A DNA stretch of 62,854 nt, the filler included, from Hyphochytrium catenoides (lineage: Eukaryota > Protista > Hyphochytriomycota): NCBI GenBank assembly GCA_900088475.1. It is 6 parts of 6 records of this genome, joined end to end, with 100 filler letters (N's around TTAATTAATTAA, not from the genome) between each part and the next. Parts side by side here need not be neighbours in the genome. Positions count along the whole stretch, not along the records: positions 20,359 to 44,164 come from FLMG01000215.1; positions 44,265 to 51,269 come from FLMG01000126.1; 4 more parts are not named here. The stretch is one strand, 5' to 3'. The translations under genes were made by a program, and so were the position numbers. Within the stretch, counting starts at the first letter, position 1, and the number at the start of each line of letters is the position of its first letter. Positions 35,359 through 45,720 of the stretch are shown here, in pieces. The notes under the pieces are model-generated. The model was not told the origin of the DNA. It made no database searches and saw only the letters and a program-made list of their open reading frames with translations.

Positions 35359-37544
35359 TGCACTTCGCGTTTTCTTCTTCTTTCGTCTCTGGTGGATGAT
35401 TGATATTGGGGCTCACTCAGTTCCTTGAGACTAAGCGACGAAGGAGGAAGAAATACCAAGCAACTGCAGCGAGCAGGAAGATGCGCCTTGCGAGCGCAGG
35501 TCGGAAGACAGCAAGCCTGCAAAGCAACTTGTCCGTCTTCTTTCCACAAGAAGATTCATGTTTATAAAAAGCGTTTTCTTCTCTCGCTCTATTATAATGG
35601 CTGGGATATTGCTCCTTTACTTTTAGCTTTTAGCCCAAGGACCACCACGCCGAAGAATACTGTACGATTTATTTCCTCCTGCTTCCAAGAGTTAGGCTAA
35701 CCCTAAGAGTGCTGCCTCCACCCCCTTCTCTCCCCTTTCTTGATCACCGTAGTTCAGACCTCCCCCCCGTCCCGCCTACAGAGATCTATTGATGTGACAA
35801 CTTGGGCAAGAACTGTTCTATCATCGTCGTGAAGATCTGTTCAATAGCTGTCTGTCTCTCTGCTGCAAGCAACAAGAGGCCTCTGGCGTCTGCTGACTAC
35901 TGCTCTTCTCATCCGCACTGAGGCTACTGCTGCTAATAAGGTGCACCAGCAGCCACAAAGGAAGTGGCCAGTGTAAGAAGTGGAAGGAGCTCATTCATCC
36001 AGGGGACGGAGCAGCAGAAAAGGTCTGGGACGCAGCAACCACAGCTGTCAACAACACACTCCTCAGGGGTTGAACAGAAGTCAACAAGAAGAAGAAGTTT
36101 CATCACGACGTTCTATGGTCGACACAGACCTCTCCTACCGAACAAGTAGTTTGGTGACTTGACTGCGAGAGAAACTTGATGATGTCGGCGAGCTGCGAAT
36201 GCGTTCTCTGTCCGCTTTTTTGATGAAGCCATGTCATTCCATGAGCACTCGTTCCGGATTATCTTCTTTTGTTGACAGTTGAATGAGGCATGGTTAGTTC
36301 ATAGAGCGACCCCGGGAGGATTCAACAGCAGCACATCTACGTCAACCCGATGATTCCACCAATATGCCCGATCCTCTTGCGCTTGATATGTACTGGCTAT
36401 GAAAAGTTAATCCGCAACGAGTGCTCACTGGAATGACATGGCATCGTCAAAGCAGACAGAGAACGCTACTCGTAAGACTAATAACCTCCCTTCATCATCA
36501 TCACCGCAACTCTATATTGTAATCATAGATTTTTTACGTAACAAGGAGCAAATTAAGGAGCCACTCTACTTCCTTCGTTATGTTGGGTCAATAGATAGAC
36601 GGTGGACTTGCCTCCTCCTCCTTGTTCCCTGATTATACAACTACTCTATCTGTTCGAAGGCGGAAGGAGCTGAAGAAGATGCGGTCATCCAGGTAGTGGC
36701 CGATGCCCTAATGATGAGCACGAGCTCGACTACTGCTGGGCCACGCTACTTCATCATACATACTGCTGCCAGAGCGTCTACCCGCCAAGGGTTTGGTATG
36801 TAGCGGTCGCGAATGACCTCTGTGGCGCGCAAGTAGTTAGGTTGGTTGGCAGAAGAAGAAGTGCTTGTTGGAAGAGTTAACGGTGCTATTATGGACTACT
36901 GCCTTTGAGAGCAAGCTGTAGGTCAAGGGTCCTGCCACGTCGATGGCAGTGGGGGAGTCTTACTAGTCTTTCTCTCCGGCGACAAGAAGGTGCAATCACT
37001 ACGAAGGTACTGGCTTCACGGTCAACGGTACTGCCACCATGGCAGTGGAGGATGCTTCCTAGGTCTCTCCGGCGAAGCTGTTTAAAGGGCAAGGGTGGGA
37101 TATGTGTATACTCCGTGTAGTAGTACCATACACTCCTCTGAACCACAAGGTCTCGCTTCATCTCTTGGAGCTAGCGCTGGGGCCAGGAGGTGGATAGGAG
37201 GAGGCGCTGGCAGGAACGCCCCGCCCTTCAAAGGAAACTAGCCGACGATGATGGGTAGTTTGAGTCTCCTGGGCTAATGGTTGGCTATCAGCGTAGCGCT
37301 TACTACGAAAAAGGCTGCTCTCATTTAGTTCTATACCTTTGCTCTCTCTTTCGCTCTCTGCTCCTCCCTCTTGAGGTCGGTTTGCTTCTGCTGGCAATGC
37401 TGATCAGTCTATAAAGTTCAATTTCAGAAAAGAGTCCTTTTATCGCCTGAGAAGTCTACCTCTGCGAAGCTTTGTCGGACCGGAGGTCTGGCCAACCCAG
37501 GCGAAGACTTAGCGAAACCCATTGACTCACTCTTCTCTATATCG

Positions 37545-37900
37545 AAGGTCACAAGCTTGGCTGCTAAGTCAGTTGCGACAGTATCCGCTCTCTTTTCCTG
37601 GTTCTTTGCGAGCTTTTTTTATCTATTAGTTCCAGTTGAATGCCAGCGCCATCTCTGGTACGACCATAAGGCTTAGTAGAGGTACGCGGTGAGAGGTTTT
37701 CTCAGCGAAGAAATGGTAGCTACTACTTCGATGGCGGGGTCATGGTAGCACTGATAAGTAAATTGCTGACGCTCTTCAACGGATGGAGTGCATAACTTTT
37801 AGCAGCATCACCACCACGGATTAACCAGACAATTGTCCTGCTGGCGGACACCAGACATAGTTTTATTTCGAAAGGTAGCATGATGGCGTTGCATCAACGG
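37545..37900 (+). pseudogene. Decayed copy of the sequence at 40430-40760
   Basis: attgctgacgctcttcaacggatggagtg...taaccagacaattgtcctg matches attgctgatgctcctcaacggatggagtg...taaccagacaaccatcctg, and the upstream cgccatctc..tacga and ttcctg.tcttt..gagc.ttt also align. Confidence 0.55.
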
Positions 37901-40429
37901 GACGATCTCCATCCTCACTCTCCAAAAAAAATTTTGCTCAATCAACCTTAGCCTCTGCCACCGGCTGCTGACATGCACGGTTAGAGATGGGAATGCCCTC
38001 GCTCCTCACTCACCGACTTTTGCTCGATCGGCCATACCCTCTGTCGACGACGGCTCAGAACCTAGACATCGCGGCAAAGAATAAGGGGGCTACCGCTGAC
38101 TAGAAGCACTGCTGCAGAACCGTCACCCGCCGTACGCCCATCGCTTCGTTGACCTCTGCTAGAGACAGCCCCTAGGTGTTTGATTAATTATTTGGCCCGT
38201 TGTATTAGGTGATGACAACACTGTTCGCTGGGTAGTAGGAAGGGGCGAGTATGTACTTAATCGCTTAGTTCTTCCCACTCCGTAAGTTAGGACTCCGCTA
38301 TAATCTATGCGATTGGAGCCAAGAGCCTCCTTCCGCTTGATCCAGCCAGGCGTCAAGGAAAGCTCCCGGGCTAGTAAAGTGAAGCGCCAGGTTGATCCCC
38401 CAGCCAGAGGCTTATACATGTTTGTGCTCTCGTCATGCACCCGGGCGAGCAGACAGGAAACATATACTCAGTCTCATAGATGAGTCCTTCTTCTGCTTCT
38501 TCTCTTGAAAATCTTTTCTCCCATTTAGAATCACCTTCAACATAGTCAGCTTAGACCTTGTGGCCTGCGGACAGCAGAACAATGTCTTTAACATCACTTT
38601 TTCGAGATGTGATAGTGAACTACTACCAGGATGTTGAGAAGATAGTCTACCTGCACTCGCAGAACCAAGGGATACTCTACACTTTTGGCAACGACTAGTT
38701 TTCAAAAAAGGCAGCCCACCGTCGTAGTAAACTTTGGAGGAAGGGGCCGGACCGAGGGAGAATAAGCACAAGCTTGCTGTCCTCCACTTCCCAGTCCCGC
38801 TTCCTACTTCTATCCTTCTCCAAGATAAGCTCTAAAGATGATGAAGTTATCGCTGCTGCGGCGGCGGCAACGACGTGATGATTATTGTCTTGTTGGCGGC
38901 TAATGCCCATCGTAGCAGAGCTTGTTCTCCATAACATTTTGTTGTTTGATTGTGAGTGGTACCGGTAGGTGATACTTCTGGGAAATCCTTCCTCGTCATC
39001 TTCCCTGAACAGTCGTTTCGTATGATAATGATTCTGACAGCAAACGCAGCGAGAAGGAGGACGGCAGAAGTGGAGGAATGATGTTTCCTTGGTAGTGGAG
39101 AAGAGGTCTAGGCAGGATGTGGTGATTATTTGTGCGTGTAGCTACTCCCTCACTCATCAGAAGGACATTAACACCACCAACTACTCTTGTTGCTGGGCGA
39201 GGAGAGTACTTCTGTAGCATCACATGCACACGATTGTAAGCAGGCAGTAAGTTGAGGTACTGTCTGCTGTTCATCGGGACCGTGTTACTACTCCCCAAGG
39301 TGGCGCGCGCCTCGTTATCCGTTTCTTCTTGCAAGAACGAAGAACTGAGAGTACTTCACGCAAGCCTATTACGTCGCCAAAAGCTAACTTTGGCCGGCAA
39401 GAAGAGTCCAAGCTCATCATCTGTGTCCTCTGAGAAGATTGTTCTTCGCACCTTCAGTCTTCAGTCGTCTGTGTTTCGTTAGACGACTGTGCCGACCGAG
39501 CACGAACAAACAATGAGAATGTGTCTCCGAAGAAGAACAACCCATGGTGGTGCTTCTTTTTGTGGCTCCTTCTTCTTTGCAGCACGCTCCACTACTATTC
39601 TTTGATATCCAACATAATAGGAGGCGGTGGTCTCATCAACGGTAGCAGCAAAAGCATCACTGCGCTGATGATGGCGGTGAATGAATATTATTATTGGGCA
39701 ACAGCAGCGAGCCAGCAGTGAAAGCTCTACTGGCGCAAGGTTCCTGGCGTGTCATCAATGAGACTGGGTTGTTGGAGAGGGACCGCAGGACGTTTATTCG
39801 TGGGTGGGGGTTAACTCCTACCACTGTTATTACCATCCAATACTACCTTGGGTTATTCTTATGTGGAGGGTTCTTATTATGAGGAAACGCCTCCCAGCCA
39901 GACTATCAGCAGAAGAGCTACTCCTGCCGACGGTAGTATCAACCGCGCCTGTTACTACCTACTAACAAGTCCAAAACGAATGTTGATGACTGTCATAACC
40001 TCATAATAATGACAAGGGGTACGGACGACAAGAAGAGTTTTGCTAAGGCTTTTACAACTACTAAGGTTGCTTAGTGCTGTTTTGGTCTGCGCATGGTGGG
40101 AAGGTTGTTAGTTCTGCCTCTATTGGTCAGTGGTCATGAAGAAGAGACACAGGATAAAACCTGCGTTTACCTGTCTCATGAGATTGAATGCTGCCTGCTA
40201 TCGTCACCATGATGGGAGATGAAGACTGCCTTCGACTACCACGTCCCATCATCATCATCATCCAGTCATCATCAAGCCTACTTTCCCATTCAACAAGTTC
40301 CCATCGTTATCAGAAGCAGTCATCTAGCTTTCGTCGTGAGTGGTGGATGAGCGAGTGTCTGACGACGCGCCTCCTCCTCCTCCTTGTTGCCTCTTCGTGA
40401 GCTTCTCTTCTTCCCCACAACAGTAGAGG

Positions 40430-40960
40430 ATGATGAAGAAGACCCAGTCGTCAAAACCGTGGTTGAAGATTTTTGCCACCCTTTCGTTCGTGCTCTTCCT
40501 GCTCTTTATGAGCCTTTACATCTACTTCCAGCATCGCATCGCCATCTCGGCTACGAACAGCGTAGAGATTCACTTAGCAGCAAACTCCTCAAGAAATTAC
40601 GGCTTCAGCGGCGAGGCCATGATAGTGAATAGTATTGCTGATGCTCCTCAACGGATGGAGTGTGTAGCATCATTACGGGATAACCAGACAACCATCCTGG
40701 TAATATGCACACCAGGAATATAAAGGCATGATGAGCGTATGAGGATCAAGGCGAGCAACTGACGATGGTTTTGACAAAGCTGCCGTGCGCATCATGAGGG
40801 GCAGAACGGGTACACTCGTTCTCAGAGCAATTTTGAAGATCTTCTTTGGTGGGTTTTATCTGCTCATTGTCTTCTTCAAGGCTGTTCAAGGTGCGAATTG
40901 GTGGCAGTGTTTCGCTCTTCTTCTCGTGATATGCCTCCTAAGAAGCTATCGTAACGCCAA
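40430..40960 (+). pseudogene. Putative decayed membrane-protein gene
   Basis: A 97-aa ORF with an N-terminal TM segment (KIFATLSFVLFLLFMSLYIYF). The same frame continues past several stops into further hydrophobic segments (ILKIFFGGFYLLIVFF, WWQCFALLLVICLL). A paralogous copy lies at 37545-37900. Confidence 0.4.
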
Positions 40961-42266
40961 GTGAATCTTCTTGTTATCTTAGCAACTGTGGTACCACTAT
41001 TTACTTCCTCGTTAAGCGTCAATGACGTTATCTAAGCCTCTCTACTGGGCGATGATATGCACCATACTCTCAAGCATATCTGCGATATCTCCGTGGCTCA
41101 GTGAAGAAAGTGGTCCTGTTGTCTGACCGAATGACTCCCAGCGATAATGACCGCCTCAGTACGGGTTTTGAGAAGGAATCGTCACTCTCTTGTTGTCGCG
41201 AATGATGATGGAAGGAAGTCTTTCTGCCTTAATGGAAGCCTATGGCGCCTTATCATTGATGTGTGACCTTATATCTCCTCTCTGGCCTGGCCGCTTCTCG
41301 CAAGACAGTAGGTTCAATTGTGAGGACTGGTGATTATCAAAGCCCTACAGCAGCCTTGCAGAACCTGCTCTAATCCGCAAAAGAGAACGAAGTCAAGAAC
41401 CAGGGATAGTTTGGTCTACTTTGAACTGCGGCTACTCGTCGTCGGGATATGATGCGAATAGTAGGACGGTGTAAACCGGCAGAGATTCTAACCCACACGA
41501 TATTCTGGAAGACCTACCAGACATTGCACTCTTAGTAACTCTTGCGGCGGCTGACAATGCATCTTAGTGGGCTGGCCAGCATACGGGTCTGTCCATCCGT
41601 GCTACTGCTTTGAAACTTCGTTGGTGTAATGTATCCATCAACTGGGGCGACAACTAAAGGGCAGCAACAAGGTGGTCCATGATGTAAGGCTATAGTCCGT
41701 CCGTGCGTCACCTTGCTACTCCATGGCCCAACTAGGGATAGGATCCTTTCAGATTGGCATTCTTTAGCGTGAGGGCAATGCTGGAAGACACTTACGCTTA
41801 TAATGATTCTCCAAGACCTGGCGGAATAGCATTATGATGGCTCTGCTGTCCCCTATCGCATCTCTGACAGGTGACTTTTCTTGCGTCGTTCCTATTGCCT
41901 GCTCACCAGGGCACTCTCGCCTTCGTCCTTTAAAATAATACGTCGGCAATCTTCAATCTAAACAATTATCAATACTCAACAAGCACACACAGAGGGCTTG
42001 AAAAACGACCAAGGTTTTGTCTGCTTTACTTAGGTCTCAGTCATAGTGGTGATAAGTGATGGGAAGGAGAGAGCACTACAAAGTAGAGAATCGTAGTTAG
42101 GGGTCACAACCCACGTGATAATAGACAGCCTCAGTGTCGCCAGGAGACTGACTACCTTTATGTCACCATTACAAGGTAACGGCACTCACAGAAGATCAGC
42201 AGCAGCACGATAAGTTGCGTCTCTATCTACCTTTAGGCGGGAGCCATCATTCGCTCCTTTTAAGCA

Positions 42267-42333
42267 ACGCCCATCATTCAAGAGACCCACGCCCATCATT
42301 CAAGAGACCCACGCCCATCATTCCAGGAGACCC
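42267..42333. repeat. 22-bp tandem repeat, 3 copies
   Basis: acgcccatcattcaagagaccc twice, plus a variant third copy. Confidence 0.9.
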
Positions 42334-42564
42334 TCATGGGACCACGTTCTTGTTGGCAATTTGAGACGCGATGACGACAGGCGCAACTAGATGAGGGTAG
42401 CTCCAAGATGAATGCTGCTGTAAAGTAAGAAGGCAAAAATGATAGACTGATATATTATAGCATAGTTTATACTTATGATAGCAGACACGAAGCACATCAT
42501 GCCGGCATTCCCCTTACTATAAGCCTTGCCTCTCTATATTAAATTTGATGTCACGTTGCCAAGG

Positions 42565-44074
42565 TTAGGTCGTGGTCGCCTTTCTATCTTCCTGGATAAT
42601 AATAGACTTATAAGCCACACTTGAGTGCCACGTCAGCAGCAGTTCTGGATGTCGGTACGCCTTGATGCAGTTCCGTACAGTGTAGATAAACACGTTCATG
42701 AGGGCGTCTAGGCAAGAGCTCAACGGCGGTCGACCGAGAAAAGCAGCCAAAAGAGTCCAGTCCTCGCGTGACAGCCAGGGCGCTAATTGTTTCTCAATTC
42801 TCTCCGGTGAGTGTATAATGAGATACACAGCCAGCAAAACCTGAAGAACCGCCAGTGATGAGTTGCTGAGTACGATCCATCTCCTCCGCGTCTCAGCGGG
42901 AAGCAAGATTGCGTCTTGCGCGAGGACTAAGGTCACAATGGTGATGCTGATGGATCCCACCAAAAGCGATCTGAAGACGTCAGAGTGAGTTCTAATGACC
43001 AGCAGGCAACAAACAAAGGGGTTCGGCGTCATGGTACTTACCCGTCTCCCCATTGTGTCAACAAGCCTGAGTAGTAAAAAAGCTGCACCGTGCACATTAT
43101 GAGGAAAAGAACCTCAAAGTCACGCAGGAGGCCTTTCAGAAGTTTGGGTGCGCACTTGCCAAGCAGAAAGAGGTTACAGAGGCTGCTTAATATAAGACAG
43201 ACCCAGTTCAAGCTTATAGGCGCATGGAAGAAAACAAGGAAAGCTTGGAGTACAATGGTTGAGATGCAGGTCAGCGTCATAGTGGTCTGGATGTCTTGCA
43301 GGAGTCGACTGGCTGCTAAGATGAGCACAGCTGGAAGCAGATGATGCGGTGCCACCGCAACCTCAAACGAGGTGATAGCACGGTTTGGACGCTTAGTCGC
43401 CTTGGTCTGAGGACGATAAATGAAAGACCAGACCCTTCCAATCCTCACTGCTTGGGTCTTGATAAGCGTGAGAAGGTTATCACTGTCATCAAGCAAGAAT
43501 GGCTCCATTGTCGGGTGCAAGGTATAACCCCTCCGTCCCTTGCTATGCTGCTGGTGGACTCTGCGGTCGGTCGTAGGGAGCGATCATCAGTCTTTTTTGT
43601 GCCTCGCCTCGCACTAGTGAATACGCATCTTACCTTATCTGTGGTGGCTCGGATTCTCTTTGAGAAGGATAGTTAATCTTTATTCCCCTGGCGGTGTGCT
43701 GCCGAGAGAAAAAGAAGGACGTCTGTTGCTCTCTCTTCTTTGCCTTCAAGGAGTTTTCTTTCTGGTTTGGACCACAAGCAAGAGTGGCAGTACCAGCATC
43801 CTCCGAAGATGGGGGTTCTGCCATCTCTCTGACGCTAGCTAGGTCAACCACTTGACGCACTTGAATCGGCCACCGTATAGTGACAAAACGCGATACACCT
43901 TTCGATGTGTTCCGGAGTTTGGACATCCACTTTGGGACCAGTAGGCCGCAGTAGAGGGCCATGACCAGGTTGCAGTCTCCCGCAAATATCCAGGGCCTTA
44001 TGGGTACCTTGTAAATCGTGAATTGCGTCCGGTGAAGGTCTGGATAGACGTCCAAGTAGAAGTAAGTCGCCAAC
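42565..44074 (-). CDS. Uncharacterised multi-pass membrane protein, paralog B (5' part cut by the scaffold end)
   Basis: Shares with paralog A the segments ATYFY.+VYP.L..TQ..IY..P.RPWI.A.DCNL...LYC.LLVPKW..KL.NTSKG.SRFVTIRWPIQ, RGYTLHP, LLRDFEVLFL, VGSIS.....L.LAQDAI.LP and YRHP.LLLT.HSS..Y. The three intron positions are the same. Confidence 0.78.
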
Positions 44075-44164
44075 CTAGCCGTCGAAGAAAGGGGATATCG
44101 TGAGAACCCAATTGTCCATACCAAAGATTCTCCTACTAAATGAACGATAGATTTTGCTATCTTA

Positions 44165-44264
44165 NNNNNNNNNNNNNNNNNNNNNNNNNNNNNNNNNNNN
44201 NNNNNNNNTTAATTAATTAANNNNNNNNNNNNNNNNNNNNNNNNNNNNNNNNNNNNNNNNNNNN
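44165..44264. other. Artificial scaffold-joining spacer
   Basis: N44-TTAATTAATTAA-N44. Confidence 0.97.
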
Positions 44265-44410
44265 TATTTCCTATGAGAAATCCTTGCGCCATCAACTCTC
44301 TCTTCTCTCGCTCTCTCTCTCTGTCCTTCTCTCTGGCTGTCACTGACGCTTTCCATGTCGTTCTCTCTCTACGTCTTGCCTTCGACCCTAACCACCCCAC
44401 TTGTATAAAG

Positions 44411-44602
44411 GTCTTTGGCACTGGCCCGCACTACTGCGTAGGCAGAGAATATGCCGTCAACCATTTGGTCCTCTTTCTCTCCCTCTTATCGACCTCTATT
44501 GAGTGGACACGCAAGCGTACTCCCAACAGTGATAAGACTCTCTACCTCCCTACAGTCTACCCACGAGACTGTCTCATCAAGATAAAGGCTAAGGCACTAT
44601 AG
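44411..44602 (+). CDS. Last exon of a cytochrome P450, sterol C-22 desaturase type (CYP710/CYP61-ERG5/CYP524-like)
   Basis: Heme-binding motif FGTGPHYCVGREYAVNHLVLF followed by RTPNSDKTLYLPTVYPRDC, the typical C-22 desaturase tail. The exon is preceded by a pyrimidine-rich intron ending in AG at 44410. Confidence 0.8.
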   Translation, partial: VFGTGPHYCVGREYAVNHLVLFLSLLSTSIEWTRKRTPNSDKTLYLPTVYPRDCLIKIKAKAL

Positions 44603-45720
44603 GCCGCTCTCCACTTTCTTTGCTCTTCAAATTCTATTGCTGGCAGCCGGCTACTCGCTTTCTCTCCCTCTTTGTCCACCCTTGACTAGATCTTCCCCCT
44701 CCTCTGTCATTATGAGACTCTCGCTTCTATAGGCTAGTGCCAACCAGCTCTCCGTCTTAACGTTCCCTGCACTCCCACATGTGCCGAAAGCTGGGCACGT
44801 GGGGTTTCCATCAATAAAGAAAGCGTTGCGAATAGGTCAAATCTACTCAGTTGCTACCAGCCCGTATTTCTCTAGGGGCTCCACTTGTTTCCCTGGATAT
44901 TCTCGCGCACTGGACTTTCTTGAAGCCTAACTCTAAGATTTCTCGATGTCTAGCCTCCTATCATCCGCTGCCAGGACAGTGCCCACGCGGCCAGAGTTAT
45001 CTCGCTATCGTATCTCTTTGACAGTCCTAACCCACCGACCTTGCTCTGGAAAAGCTCAAGACCAAGTCCACGAACTCCTAGGGGATCTTTCAAAATCTCT
45101 ATGGCACCTTTTTCACTCTATGCAGTTCCGCTCTACCTGCTCGCTCTCTTACGCCTTCAGTCTCCATCCATTCCCTGTGCTTTTCCTACTTGATCATCTT
45201 CTCAATACTTTCATCGGAAGCATGCCCCACCCCCGGGATGACCCCCACCGAAGCAGTAGGATGTCTGTTGCTTTAGAAAGCCTTGGAATTACCACGGAGA
45301 GTCATAAGCTCTATAAATCTCTTCTTCTGTCCTTTCTTCGTCGCAACCTCTTCTAAAAAGGGATAAAGAGGCACTTCCAATCTCCTCCTTCATCTTTCCC
45401 TCCTTATATTGCGTCTCTTTACCTTCTTCCTATGCCACAGCCCCCTCCTCGTCACCCCTGCTTTCTTCTAACTCTATGGTTGTTCGCTGGAGAGGCGAAG
45501 ACTGTGGCGAGTGCCGTATAAGATTAGAAGCGCAAGAGTCCTGAGAGTGACCAAGAACACGCCCCACAAAGCATCTTACGAAGAAGGATGTGAAGTGGAC
45601 CCACGCAAGGAGCGAGGTAACGCCTCCCACTCGTCCACATGTCTCCGGGAGCGGAGCGGCATGTCCGATCTAGCACATATTTGCGCCCTCTAGTTGGTAC
45701 TGCTCTCTCCAATGGACGGG

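Noticed and set aside
42267-42333. 22-bp repeats as a CRISPR-like array
   Set aside because: The units are directly adjacent with no spacers, and there are no cas genes. It is a simple minisatellite.
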